A stretch of DNA of 64,000 nucleotides from an uncultured Clostridium sp. (GTDB taxonomy: Bacteria; Bacillota; Clostridia; TANB77; CAG-508). Each line of letters begins with the position of its first letter. Positions within the stretch are counted from its first letter, which is position 1. Position numbers and translations under genes: made by a program. The DNA is taken from positions 30,052 through 94,051 of the forward strand of contig CAOJRU010000003.1 in assembly GCA_948442365.1 (NCBI GenBank), given 5' to 3'. Shown here piece after piece: positions 1 to 10,857 of the stretch. The notes under the pieces were generated by a model. The model was not told the DNA's origin, ran no database searches, and saw only the letters and a list, made by a program, of their open reading frames with translations.

Positions 1-1420
1 AGTAGCAAAAAAAGAAGAATATGGAAAATCTCAAATAGGAGAAGGAAAAAATATTGTAATTGATTATTCTTCCCCTAATATAGCAAAGCCATTTCATATA
101 GGACATTTACGCTCCACAGTAATTGGAGGAGCTTTATACAACATCTATAAATTTTTGGGCTATCATATCACAGGTGTTAATCATTTAGGAGATTATGGCA
201 CACAATTTGGAAAGTTAATTGAAGGATATAAGTTATGGGGAGACGAGTATGACATTGAAAAGGATCCGATCAATGAATTGACCAAGATATACATTCGTAT
301 TAACCAAGCTTGCAAAGAAGATGAAAAGGTATTAAATCAATGTAGAGATAATTTTAAAAAATTAGAAGAAGAAGATAAGTATTGTACGGAAATATGGGAA
401 AAATTTAAAACATTAAGCTTAAGAGAATTCCAAAAAGTATATGACTTATTAGGAAGCAAATTTGATTCTTGGAATGGAGAAGCCTTCTATTCTGACAAGA
501 TGGAAGAAGTAATGGAAATATTAGAAAAGACAGGAAAAGTAGTTGAATCACAAGGCGCTAAAATTATTGATTTAGAAGAACAAGGAATCAATACACCATG
601 TATTATAGAAAAATCAAATGGTTCAACAACTTATGCTACAAGAGACCTAGCAGCTATTTTATATCGAGCAAGAACTTATGATTATGACAAATCAATTTAC
701 TTAACTTCCTATGAACAAGTTTTACATTTTAAACAAGTATTTGAAGTAGCAAAATTATTAGGCCTAGATGAAAAATACATAAAGGGATTAACCCATATAT
801 CTTTTGGAATGGTTCTATTGCCAACAGGAAAGATGTCAACTAGAGAAGGAAATATTATCAAGTTAGAAGAATTGTTACAAGAAGCGATGGAAAGAGCAGC
901 AAAAATTATAGAAGAAAAGAATCCAGAACTAGAAAATAAACAAGAAGTAGCAAAAAAAGTAGGAATTGGAGCTATCATCTTCAATGATTTAGCCAATAGT
1001 AGAATTAAAGATGAAATATTTGACTGGAATCAAATTTTAAACTTTCAAGGAGAAACAGGGCCTTATATCCAGTATACTTATGTAAGAACGAAAAGTGTCT
1101 TAGAAAAAGTAGGTTATCTACCAAAAGTAGAAGAAATAAAGGAAGAAAAGTTGTTAGATGCTTATTCACAAAATATTATAAAATTAATTTATTCTTTTGA
1201 AGATATTTTAATACAAGTAACCCAAAAAGATGAACCATCTATTTTGGCAAGATATTTAATTGATGTAGCCAAATCCTATAGTAGTTTTTATAATGAAAAT
1301 AAAATCATTACAGAGGATAAAGAAGTACAAGATGCTAGAATTTACTTAACGTATAGTGTTGGTAAAGTACTAAAAGTAGGGGCTAAGTTACTAGGAATAG
1401 AAATGCCAGATAAAATGTAA
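1..1420 (+). CDS. argS: arginine--tRNA ligase, 5' end cut by window edge (frame starts at nt 2)
   Basis: Translation from nt 2 gives ...DYSSPNIAKPFHIGHLRSTVIGG (class I HIGH motif), continuous with ORF 155..1420; C-terminal anticodon-binding-like region; TAA stop. Confidence 0.95.
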   Translation, partial: VAKKEEYGKSQIGEGKNIVIDYSSPNIAKPFHIGHLRSTVIGGALYNIYKFLGYHITGVNHLGDYGTQFGKLIEGYKLWGDEYDIEKDPINELTKIYIRINQACKEDEKVLNQCRDNFKKLEEEDKYCTEIWEKFKTLSLREFQKVYDLLGSKFDSWNGEAFYSDKMEEVMEILEKTGKVVESQGAKIIDLEEQGINTPCIIEKSNGSTTYATRDLAAILYRARTYDYDKSIYLTSYEQVLHFKQVFEVAKLLGLDEKYIKGLTHISFGMVLLPTGKMSTREGNIIKLEELLQEAMERAAKIIEEKNPELENKQEVAKKVGIGAIIFNDLANSRIKDEIFDWNQILNFQGETGPYIQYTYVRTKSVLEKVGYLPKVEEIKEEKLLDAYSQNIIKLIYSFEDILIQVTQKDEPSILARYLIDVAKSYSSFYNENKIITEDKEVQDARIYLTYSVGKVLKVGAKLLGIEMPDKM

Positions 1421-1489
1421 TATTACCTCTCAAATGTTGTTAAATATTAAGATATCAACTTTTGGGAGAATAAAAAAGAAGAGGTTAAA

Positions 1490-2524
1490 ATGGCAAAAAG
1501 TCAAAAAAAAGGATTAAAAATATTTGGAATAATAGTACTAATTTTAATTATTTTATTAGTAGCAATCATAGGAGGAACTTTTTGGTTTGTGCAAGATAAA
1601 TTAAGCAAAATTCAACAGATTGATTTAAAAGAGGAAGAATTGGGAGTTTCTTCACAAGCACAAGCAAGTTTAGTTAACTATAGAAATATAGCAATTTTTG
1701 GCGTAGATAGTAGAGATAATGATTTAGATAGAGGAAATCGAAGTGATTGCATTATCATTGCTAGCCTAAATAATAAAACCAAAGAAATCAAACTAATCTC
1801 TGTTTATCGTGATACTTATGTACAAATTGAAGGACATGGATTAGATAAAATAACACATGCTTATTCTTATGGTTCAGCTCCCTTAGCGATTAGTACCTTA
1901 AATACCAATTTTGATTTAAATGTCAAAGAATTTGTAACCGTTAATTTTGATTCTGTAGCAGGTGCCATTGATAAATTAGGTGGTATAACCATTGATATTG
2001 AAACACCAGAAGAATTAAAATATTTGAATTCTTATATCGATGAAACAGCAAAAGTAACGGGAAAGTCGAATGAAAGAGTGGCAACAACGGGTAAACAGAC
2101 TTTGAATGGTGTACAAGCGGTAGCGTATTCAAGGATTCGTTATACAGAAGGTGGAGATTATAAAAGAGCAGAAAGAATGAGAACGGTAATTATGGCTATG
2201 GTGGACAAAATAAAGACTAAGAATATAAGTGAGATTAATAGTTTTATTGATTTCATCTTACCAAAAGTTTATACCAATATTACCGCAGCAGAAATTTTTA
2301 GTTTATTACCAAGTATGACAAGTTTTAAAATTACAGATAGTATGGGATGGCCTTATGAAACAAAAGGAATTACTTTGGATCGATGGTATGGTGTTCCTGT
2401 TACATTAGAAAGTAATGTAACGCAATTACATACAGAAGCTTTTCAAGAAGCAGATTATATACCTTCGGATAGAGTAAAAAGTATTAGTGATGCAATTGTG
2501 CAAAAAACAGGATATGGAAAGTAA
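1490..2524 (+). CDS. LytR-CpsA-Psr (LCP) family cell-envelope polymer transferase
   Basis: N-terminal TM helix, then FGVDSRDNDLDRGNRSDCIIIASLN and ITHAYSYG motifs typical of LCP proteins; RBS GAGG upstream. Confidence 0.85.
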   Translation: MAKSQKKGLKIFGIIVLILIILLVAIIGGTFWFVQDKLSKIQQIDLKEEELGVSSQAQASLVNYRNIAIFGVDSRDNDLDRGNRSDCIIIASLNNKTKEIKLISVYRDTYVQIEGHGLDKITHAYSYGSAPLAISTLNTNFDLNVKEFVTVNFDSVAGAIDKLGGITIDIETPEELKYLNSYIDETAKVTGKSNERVATTGKQTLNGVQAVAYSRIRYTEGGDYKRAERMRTVIMAMVDKIKTKNISEINSFIDFILPKVYTNITAAEIFSLLPSMTSFKITDSMGWPYETKGITLDRWYGVPVTLESNVTQLHTEAFQEADYIPSDRVKSISDAIVQKTGYGK

Positions 2525-2565
2525 AGGTAAAAACGTAAAAAATTAACATAAAACCATAAATATGG

Positions 2566-2594
2566 TTGACATTTTTATGTTAATATGGTACAAT
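2566..2594 (+). promoter_or_regulatory. sigma-A-like promoter in front of the polysaccharide operon
   Basis: TTGACA (2566-2571), 17-nt spacer, TGgTACAAT extended -10 (2586-2594). Confidence 0.5.
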
Positions 2595-2630
2595 AATTAA
2601 GAATTATGTAAAATGATACGGAGGATAACA

Positions 2631-3347
2631 ATGAATATTAAAGAAGAATTAATTATGCCAAGCTTTAATCACATAGAGACAGAATTATTTACAGAAACTA
2701 TTTTAGAAGACAGAAATCGATCCCTTCTAAAGTTAGAAAAAATAACCAAAAGAGCAATTGATATTATAGGAGCTATAGCAGGAATTTTATTATTAGTACC
2801 ATTAACAATCTTAATCTATATAGTAGAAAGAATTATAGGAGATAAGGGACCTGTTTTTTATACACAAACTAGAATTGGAGAAAATGGCAAGCTATTTAAA
2901 ATGTATAAATATCGCTCTATGGTAGTAGGGGCAGAAAAGAAATTAGAACAATACATACAAGAAAATGAAGAAATTAGAAAGGAATATCAAAAATATAAAA
3001 AACTAGGAAAAGATCCTAGAGTAACGAAAGTAGGAAGATTTTTAAGAAAGACAAGCCTAGACGAATTTCCACAATTTATCAATGTATTAAAAGGAGAAAT
3101 GAGTCTAGTTGGACCAAGACCGTATTTACCACAAGAAAAGGAAGAAATGAATGGTTACTTTAAATTTATCACCTCATTAAAACCAGGTATTACAGGACTA
3201 TGGCAAATAAGTGGTAGGAGTGAAGTAACATTTGTAGACCGATTAGGAATGGATATGGATTATTATGAAAAGAGAGCACTAAAAACCGATATGAAAATTA
3301 TTGGTAAAACAATTGAAAAAGTAATCAAAAAAGAAGGGGCTGTGTAA
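2631..3347 (+). CDS. undecaprenyl-phosphate sugar phosphotransferase (bacterial sugar transferase, WbaP/CpsE C-terminal type)
   Basis: GGAGG RBS 6 nt before ATG 2631; TM helix, then KMYKYRSM, DEFPQFINVLKGEMSLVGPRP and GLWQISGRS motifs. Confidence 0.85.
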   Translation: MNIKEELIMPSFNHIETELFTETILEDRNRSLLKLEKITKRAIDIIGAIAGILLLVPLTILIYIVERIIGDKGPVFYTQTRIGENGKLFKMYKYRSMVVGAEKKLEQYIQENEEIRKEYQKYKKLGKDPRVTKVGRFLRKTSLDEFPQFINVLKGEMSLVGPRPYLPQEKEEMNGYFKFITSLKPGITGLWQISGRSEVTFVDRLGMDMDYYEKRALKTDMKIIGKTIEKVIKKEGAV

Positions 3348-3458
3348 TCAGATTTTACATTAATAAATTTACCATTATATTTTGCTAATTTATTAAGAAA
3401 AAGAGATGAGGCAATAGCCTCTTTTCTATGTAACATAAAATAAAGAAAGGTATAAAAT

Positions 3459-4586
3459 ATGGAGAAAGAACAAAAAACGATTAGAATTGCTCAAATCATT
3501 GGAAAATGGGTTGGCGGTGGAGTAGAAGCAGTCGTTATGAATTATGCCCAACATATAGATAAAAATAAAATACAATTTGATTTTATATGTGATGCAGACT
3601 CTACTAATATTCCTTATGCAGAAATAGAATCTTTAGGGGGAAAAGTTATATTAATTCCTCCCTATCAAAAAGTATTTGCCTATCATAGAGAATTGAAAAA
3701 AGTATTAAGACAAGAAAATTATAAGATTGTACATTCTCACATCAATACCTTATCTGTATTTAGCTTGTTTGCTGCTAAATGTGCTGGTGTTCCGATACGT
3801 ATAGCCCATTCGCATAGTACAACTAATCCAAAAGAAAAAAAGAAAAATTTAATGAAACAAGTATTAAGACCTTTTTCTAAAACATTTGCAACTCATTATA
3901 TGTGTTGTTCTGAATTAGCAGGTAGATGGCTTTTTGGTGATAAAGAATATGAAAAAGGAAATGTTTATTTGTTAAATAATGCAATTGATTTAGAGAAGTT
4001 CAAGTATAATGAAAAAATACGAAAAGAACTGAGAAAAGAATTAAATATAAAAGATACAACTTTAGTAATAGGACATATAGGAAGATTTTGTGAACAAAAA
4101 AATCATAGTTTTTTAATCGATATTTTTAAAGAACTTCAGGAACAAATACAAGATTCTATGTTAGTATTAGTAGGGCAAGGCCCAAAAATAGAAGAAATAA
4201 AAGAAAAAGTGATAAAGTTAAGATTACAAGAAAAGATTGTGTTTTTAGGACAAAGAAAAGATATCCATAAGTTATATCAAGCTTTTGATGTATTTGTTTT
4301 TCCAAGCTTATATGAAGGATTAGGAATGGTTTTAATAGAAGCACAATGTTCTAATTTATATTGTATCACTTCAACGGAAGTTCCAAAAGTAGCTAAAATC
4401 AATGACAATGTGGATTATTTGGAACTTTCAAAATCTGCTAAACAATGGGCAGATGAAATAATAAAAAATACTAAATCAGTAAAAAAGAGAGATGAACTGA
4501 ATGAAACAATTCAAACATTAGGTTATGATATAGAAGTAGAAGAAAAAAAATTAGCAGAAAAATATGAGGAACTATCAAAAAAATAA
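3459..4586 (+). CDS. glycosyltransferase family 4 (Glycos_transf_1 type)
   Basis: GGVE N-terminal motif; FVFPSLYEGLGMVLIEAQ (E-x7-E) C-terminal motif. Confidence 0.8.
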   Translation: MEKEQKTIRIAQIIGKWVGGGVEAVVMNYAQHIDKNKIQFDFICDADSTNIPYAEIESLGGKVILIPPYQKVFAYHRELKKVLRQENYKIVHSHINTLSVFSLFAAKCAGVPIRIAHSHSTTNPKEKKKNLMKQVLRPFSKTFATHYMCCSELAGRWLFGDKEYEKGNVYLLNNAIDLEKFKYNEKIRKELRKELNIKDTTLVIGHIGRFCEQKNHSFLIDIFKELQEQIQDSMLVLVGQGPKIEEIKEKVIKLRLQEKIVFLGQRKDIHKLYQAFDVFVFPSLYEGLGMVLIEAQCSNLYCITSTEVPKVAKINDNVDYLELSKSAKQWADEIIKNTKSVKKRDELNETIQTLGYDIEVEEKKLAEKYEELSKK

Positions 4587-4594
4587 AATAAAGG

Positions 4595-5794
4595 GTGAAA
4601 AAAGTGAAAAGTTTTATTAAAAATCTTGTTAAAAATAATAAAATTATATATGCTATCTATCATTTTATATTTTCGTTTATACTTAATGTAATAGGAACAT
4701 TTATCAAAGTGGAGGAAGAACAAGCGTTATTTGTAGTTTATGGAGGAAAACGATATGATGATAGTCCACGATTTATCTATGAATATATGAAAACACAGCC
4801 AGACTATCAACATATAAAATGTGTATGGGCATTTATTCACCCAAATGATTTTGATTTTATTCCAGATCATGAGAAGGTAAAGATTGATACCATTTCTTAT
4901 TACATGACAGTATTGAAATCAAAATATTGGATTACGAATTCTTCTGTAAAGAGAGGTTTAAGTATAAAGGAAAAGAAACATGTAGATGTATTATTACAAC
5001 ATGGTATGGCTGGAATAAAAAAATTAGGTATTGATATGGACCAAAAGAACCAATCTTTCCGTTCTAAAAAGCAAGAAAAATTTGATATGATTTTTATAGA
5101 AGGAAAGAAAGAAAAGGAAATATTAGTTAGAGCATGGCAAACAGAAGAAAAACATTTTTATGAAACAGGGTTGCCAAGAAATGATGAATTATACAAAATT
5201 AAAAACGAAAAAGTATTAGCAATAAAACAAAAATTAAATATTCCATTAGATAAAAAAGTTATTTTATATGCACCTACTTATAGGGAATTTTATAAAGATA
5301 ATAGTCTAGATAATATTATTCAAAGTCCATTTGATTTTGAACAGATGAGAAAAGAACTATCAAGTGAATATGTATTAGTAGTAACAGCACATTATTTAGT
5401 TGGTAAGCTTTTAGGAATTCCAAAGGATAATTCCTTTATTATTAATGCTTTTGAATATCCATACATAAATGATTTATTGATGATAGCCGATATTTTAATA
5501 TCAGATTATTCTAGTGTGGTTTGGGATTATGCTATACTAGAAAGACCAATATTATGTTTTGGTTATGATTATGAACAATATGTTAAAGAAAGAGGTACGT
5601 ATTTAAACTTGGATGAAGTATTTTTTGATGGCGTTATCAAAACACAAGAGCAATTAGTGGAGACAATTAAAAATATGGATTTACCAAAACAAATAGAACA
5701 TACAAGAAAGATTAAGGAAGAATATATTGTAGTAGAAAAAAGAGCAGCTGAAAGAGTATCAAAAATTATATTTAAGGAGAAAAATAATGAATGA
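4595..5794 (+). CDS. CDP-glycerol glycerophosphotransferase (TagB/TagF family)
   Basis: LYAPTYREF, ISDYSSVVWDYAILERPI motifs typical of TagF-like enzymes; start could be GTG 4595 or GTG 4604 (better SD spacing). Confidence 0.72.
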   Translation: MKKVKSFIKNLVKNNKIIYAIYHFIFSFILNVIGTFIKVEEEQALFVVYGGKRYDDSPRFIYEYMKTQPDYQHIKCVWAFIHPNDFDFIPDHEKVKIDTISYYMTVLKSKYWITNSSVKRGLSIKEKKHVDVLLQHGMAGIKKLGIDMDQKNQSFRSKKQEKFDMIFIEGKKEKEILVRAWQTEEKHFYETGLPRNDELYKIKNEKVLAIKQKLNIPLDKKVILYAPTYREFYKDNSLDNIIQSPFDFEQMRKELSSEYVLVVTAHYLVGKLLGIPKDNSFIINAFEYPYINDLLMIADILISDYSSVVWDYAILERPILCFGYDYEQYVKERGTYLNLDEVFFDGVIKTQEQLVETIKNMDLPKQIEHTRKIKEEYIVVEKRAAERVSKIIFKEKNNE

Positions 5795-6899
5795 ACCAAT
5801 TAGAATATTACAATGTATACCAGGAAATATGAGCTATGGTGGAATTGAAACTTTTATTATGAATATATACAGAAATATGGATAGAAATAAAATTCAATTT
5901 GATTTCCTAATACATGGAAAAGGCGGAAATTGTTTTGAAAATGAGGTAAATGAATTAGGTGGCGTAGTATATAGAGTTCCATCTATCAAACATTATTTTC
6001 AATATTGTAAGCAAATGAAAAAAATATTAAACCAAAATGCTAATAAATATAAAGCAATACATATACATTGTGGATATGCTATTTCTTATTTTGATGCTAG
6101 ATTAGCCAAGAAATATAAAATCCACAATATAATGATACATTCACATAGTTCAGATACAGATGTTAATAAAAGAAAAATTGTACAACACTTATTAAAAAGT
6201 AAGATTACTAAAATAGCAACCATTAAGTTAGCTTGCAGTAAAGAAGCACAAGAATGGATGTTTTCTGAAAATACAAATCAAGATAATGAATGTGAAATTG
6301 TAACAAATGGTATTTATGTAGATAAATATAGATGGAATGAAAAGATGAGACAAAAGATAAGAAAGGAATTAAAAATAGAAGATAAATTTGTTGTAGGTCA
6401 TGTAGGACGTTTATCTTCAGCTAAAAATCATATATTTTTATTGGAGATATTTAAAGAAATCTTAAAAAAAGAAGAAAATGCGATATTATTATTATTAGGA
6501 GATGGAGAATTAAAAAATAAAATAGAGGAAAAAGTACTAGAACTTAAAATAGAAAAAAAAGTAGTTTTTTTAGGAAATAGAAAAAATGTAAATGATTTTT
6601 TACAAGCAATGGATGTATTTGTTTTTCCATCTCTATTTGAAGGATTTGGATTAGCTGCTTTAGAAGCACAAGTTACAGGTTTGCGTTGTTTTCTTTCTGA
6701 TATCATAGCAGAAAATATTAACGTGACAGATTTAGTAAAATTCATTTCTTTGGAAGAAAAACCTAAGCAATGGGCAGAAATAATATGGAATAATAAAAAT
6801 TATGAAAGAGAAAATAAAGTAGATATAGTAAAAGACAAAAAATATGATATAATAGACACAACAAAGAAAATGGAAAAAATTTATTTACAAATGAATTAA
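5787..6899 (+). CDS. glycosyltransferase family 4 (Glycos_transf_1 type)
   Basis: ATGA start/stop overlap with upstream gene; GGIETF; FVFPSLFEGFGLAALEAQ motif; paralogous to 3459..4586. Confidence 0.8.
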   Translation: MNEPIRILQCIPGNMSYGGIETFIMNIYRNMDRNKIQFDFLIHGKGGNCFENEVNELGGVVYRVPSIKHYFQYCKQMKKILNQNANKYKAIHIHCGYAISYFDARLAKKYKIHNIMIHSHSSDTDVNKRKIVQHLLKSKITKIATIKLACSKEAQEWMFSENTNQDNECEIVTNGIYVDKYRWNEKMRQKIRKELKIEDKFVVGHVGRLSSAKNHIFLLEIFKEILKKEENAILLLLGDGELKNKIEEKVLELKIEKKVVFLGNRKNVNDFLQAMDVFVFPSLFEGFGLAALEAQVTGLRCFLSDIIAENINVTDLVKFISLEEKPKQWAEIIWNNKNYERENKVDIVKDKKYDIIDTTKKMEKIYLQMN

Positions 6900-6913
6900 A
6901 GGAAGGATAAAAA

Positions 6914-8041
6914 ATGAAAACACAAATGATAATGTATGATATGTTGTATACTGTATTTTCAATTATGTGTATTGTATTATACACGATATTTGATAAAAAA
7001 ACAAAAAGAATACAACCAATTGATATTATTATGATAATAATATTAATTCTAGTAACAGGAATAAGATGTAATGTTGGATCTGATTATTATACATACTACG
7101 TAGCCTATAATAATTGGCTTGTGAATTTAGATAGTATTTATGATGTAGTGCAATCCAATAGTCAATTTGGATTATATGTATTAGGTTTTATTCTAAAAAG
7201 GATAACTGATTTTCCTTATGCTTTATTTTGGATGGTAGCATGTATCATATATCCAAGTATAATCATTTATATGAGAAAAAAGACACAAAAACCAAGTATA
7301 GGTTTTATGTGCTATATGCTGTTAGGATTTTTTGCTATATCTAACAATATATTAAAACAAATTATGGCAATGTTAATAATGATCTATGCTTACGAATGTT
7401 TAGCAAAAAACAAAAAGATAAGGTTTGCAATAGCTACTTTATTAGCTACTACTTTTCATACAACAGCAATTATTGCAGCCATCTTAATGGTAGTATCCAG
7501 AATAGTAAAACCTTCTTATAAAAATCTAACTATATGCATTGGAATAGGGATTATTAGTTTTTTTGCTTATAATATAATTGGGATGGTAGTAGGATCTTTA
7601 ACAATATTAGCAAGATATCAGACTTATTTTATTAATACAGTGACCTATTCTTCTATGTTAAAAGAAACAATAGGAGCAGCTGGATATGCTTTAGTGTATA
7701 TTGCTATTGTTGCTATTCTAATTTCAAAAAAAGAAGAGATTAAACAAGATAATGAAGAAGCTTATAAAAGGATATCTTTGTTGATGGTAGGAATTATAGT
7801 TAGTATCTTTTCAGTTAATAATTGGACAATTAATAGAATTGCATTATATTTATATCAATTTGTTATTACCATTATGCCTACAATGTTTATGATAAAATAT
7901 ACGCAGAAGGAAAAGAAATCGTATATGTTTTTGATTGTTATACTATTGGTAAGTGCTTGTTTATTTTTAACAATTTTTGCTGCTGAAAATGAATATTATA
8001 GCTATCAAACATATTTTAATACAGAACCAAGACCATATTAA
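6914..8041 (+). CDS. EpsG-family polytopic membrane protein, probable polysaccharide polymerase (Wzy-like)
   Basis: About 10 predicted TM helices; GIRCNVGSDYYTYY motif characteristic of the EpsG family. Confidence 0.65.
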   Translation: MKTQMIMYDMLYTVFSIMCIVLYTIFDKKTKRIQPIDIIMIIILILVTGIRCNVGSDYYTYYVAYNNWLVNLDSIYDVVQSNSQFGLYVLGFILKRITDFPYALFWMVACIIYPSIIIYMRKKTQKPSIGFMCYMLLGFFAISNNILKQIMAMLIMIYAYECLAKNKKIRFAIATLLATTFHTTAIIAAILMVVSRIVKPSYKNLTICIGIGIISFFAYNIIGMVVGSLTILARYQTYFINTVTYSSMLKETIGAAGYALVYIAIVAILISKKEEIKQDNEEAYKRISLLMVGIIVSIFSVNNWTINRIALYLYQFVITIMPTMFMIKYTQKEKKSYMFLIVILLVSACLFLTIFAAENEYYSYQTYFNTEPRPY

Positions 8042-8053
8042 TAGGAGAGAAAA

Positions 8054-9118
8054 ATGGAAAAGGTAACCATTATTATACCAGTATATAATACAGAAAAATA
8101 TATAGGAAAATGTATAGAAAGTGTGATAGAGCAAACTTACAAAAATTTAGAGATTCTTATCATAATAGATGGAGCAACAGATAATAGTCAAGCTATTATA
8201 GAACAATATGCTAAAAAGGATGACAGGATAAAAATAATCAAACAACAAAATAAAGGAATCTTTTATACTAGAATGAAAGGAATAAAAAAAGCAGCCGCTA
8301 ACTATATTTATTTTTTAGATGCAGATGATTGGATTGAAAAAAATGCAATAGAAATTATGTATCAATATAAACAGAAGTACCATTCAAATATTGTTAGATG
8401 TCAAAACTATTATAAAGATGAAGAAGATAAAATAAGTTTCAATGATAAAATTGAGTATATAGAACTAGGAGAACTAGAAGAAAAAATATATCCTAATTTA
8501 TTTGGAAGTTATCAACTATCATCTATATGGAATCAATTAGTAGAAAAAAAGTATTTTCAAGAGCTAAAAGATATTGATATTAACATTAATTATGGAGAAG
8601 ATTATATTCTTAATTTAAGTATGTATAAAAATATAAAATCTATTTTGCTAATACCAGACTACTTATATCATTATCGAACAACCAATGATAGTATTACAAA
8701 TCAAAAAAACTATGAAAAGTTGCTGACGAAATTAAACAATGCTTATAAAAGTCAAATAGAAGCGATTCATCTAATAGAAGAATATCAAAATATTACTAAT
8801 AAAGGAAAATACCAAAAATTAGCAATTAATAAAACTATAAGAGATTTAAAAAATCGAATCATTGAATTTGCAAGTTTTGGAATTCGAGAAGGAAAAAGAG
8901 AAGAAGTCTATCAAGAAATAAAAAAGTTATTAAAACAAGAAGAATTTGAACAAATGCGTCAGAAAATCGAATTAGGTGAATTATTAAAATTATCTAAGCG
9001 AGAAAATCATAAATATGTTATAAAAAACATTTATCAAGGGAATGTAGAAAAAATACTTAAATATATAAAAAGGATTTACCTACCAGGCAAAAAAATAAAG
9101 AAATTAATAAGGAGATAA
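8054..9118 (+). CDS. glycosyltransferase family 2
   Basis: VTIIIPVYNTEKYIGKCIESV, IIDGATD and FLDADD (DxD) motifs. Confidence 0.85.
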   Translation: MEKVTIIIPVYNTEKYIGKCIESVIEQTYKNLEILIIIDGATDNSQAIIEQYAKKDDRIKIIKQQNKGIFYTRMKGIKKAAANYIYFLDADDWIEKNAIEIMYQYKQKYHSNIVRCQNYYKDEEDKISFNDKIEYIELGELEEKIYPNLFGSYQLSSIWNQLVEKKYFQELKDIDININYGEDYILNLSMYKNIKSILLIPDYLYHYRTTNDSITNQKNYEKLLTKLNNAYKSQIEAIHLIEEYQNITNKGKYQKLAINKTIRDLKNRIIEFASFGIREGKREEVYQEIKKLLKQEEFEQMRQKIELGELLKLSKRENHKYVIKNIYQGNVEKILKYIKRIYLPGKKIKKLIRR

Positions 9119-9119
9119 A

Positions 9120-10638
9120 ATGCGTTCAACCAATTCAATTAAAAATGTAATAGTAGCAATTATTATGAACTTAATTACTATTGTAATAGGATTTATAGCA
9201 CAAAGAATATTCATACAAACTTTAGGAACGGAATATTTAGGAATTAATGGTTTATTTACGAATATTCTTTCTATGCTTGGCATTATAGAGTTAGGGTTAG
9301 GATCTGCCATTATTTACCATTTATACAAACCAATTGCAGAAGATGACAAAGACAAAATAAAATCTTTAATGCTATTTTACAAAGTTGGTTATAGAGTAAT
9401 AGGGTTTATCATAGCTATCATTGGATTATTATTAATACCATTTTTACGTTTTATAGTAGGAGAAGTTAATATTACAGAAAGTATTAATTTTATCTATCTC
9501 TTATTTTTAATGGACATTGTAGCTTCTTATTTATTAACGTATAAACGTTCTATTTTATATGCCAATCAAAAAACTTATATTGTAAATATAGTACATATTG
9601 GTTATTTAATTGTAATGAATATGTTACAATTAACAATATTAATACAAAGCAAAAATTATATTTTCTATCTATGGATAAAAATAGTATGTCGTATATTAGA
9701 AAATATGGCAATTACTATAATTGCCAATTATAAGTACCCCTATATTAAAGATAAACAGGTAAAAGCCTTAGATAAAAAAGTAAGAAAAAGTATTTTCACA
9801 AAGGTGAAGCGGATTAGTATATCATAAAATTGGTAGCTTTATTGTTTTGGGAACTGATAATATTATTATTTCTACTTTTTTAGGAGTAGTAACAGTAGGA
9901 TTATATTCTAATTATAATCTGATTATACAAGCTTTAAATAATTTATTTTCACAAGTGTTCAATTCGATTACAGCGAGTGTAGGGAATTTATTAGTAGAAA
10001 GTGATAAGAATAAGTCATATTCTGTTTATAAAAATATTTTATTTTTCAATTCTTGGATCTATGCGTTTGCATCTACAGGATTGTTATGTGTCATAGAACC
10101 ATTTGTTAGGGTATGGATTGGTAGTGAATTTATACTGCCTTTAGGTGTTTTAATTGCATTAGTGATTAACTTTTATTTACAAGGTATGAGAAAAACATGT
10201 AATACCTTTAAAGAGGCAGCTGGCATATTTTATGAAGATAGATATGTACCATTATGGGAATCTTTAATTAATATTGTAGCATCTATTATTTTAGTAAAAA
10301 TATTTGGATTAATGGGTGTGTTTATAGGAACCATTATTAGTACCTTTATTTTGTTTTTTTATAGTTATCCCAAATTTGTGTATGTACCACTATTTGATAG
10401 AAATTATGGGCAATATATAAAAGATTATATACCTTATTTAATGGGAACGTTTTTATCAGTTTCCATAACTTATTTTGTTATTAGTTGTGTACCAGTTAAT
10501 GATAATATATTACAAATTGTGATCAATTTAATGCTAGTATGTGTTATTCCTAATATAGTGCATTTGTTATTATTTTGTAAAACAGAGGAGTTTAAGTATT
10601 ATAAAGAATTATTAACGAAGATGATAAAAAGAAAATAA
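9120..10638 (+). CDS. Wzx-type polysaccharide flippase (MOP superfamily), reading frame broken by +1 at C9810
   Basis: ORFs 9120..9827 and 9847..10638 are the two halves of one polytopic protein; skipping C9810 joins ...IFTKVK to GLVYHKIGSFIVLGTDNIIISTFLG. Confidence 0.75.
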
Positions 10639-10656
10639 AAAATCATAAAATAGTTG

Positions 10657-10706
10657 AAAAACATAGATAAATATGTTAGAATACAAACATAATTTATCTA
10701 TGTTTT
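10657..10706 (+). terminator. intrinsic terminator after wzx (15-bp stem, 19-nt loop, T-run)
   Basis: AAAACATAGATAAAT ... ATTTATCTATGTTTT followed by TT. Confidence 0.6.
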
Positions 10707-10857
10707 TTGTTGTAACAAAAAAATAAAGATAAAGGTTTTTTAGTCTAATTGTAATTTTATTCAAGAAAAATTTATATCAAACTTATTTATTTCAAAAAAT
10801 TAACAAAGAGAAGTATATAATAAATAGATATAAATAACTTAAAAAGAGAGGAGGAAA

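Noticed and set aside
2613-2630. ATG 2613 as the start of the sugar transferase, which would put an in-frame CGG at 2619
   Set aside because: That CGG is part of the sequence ACGGAGGATAACA. The GGAGG within it is the RBS, spaced 6 nt from ATG 2631, so the CGG is most likely untranslated.
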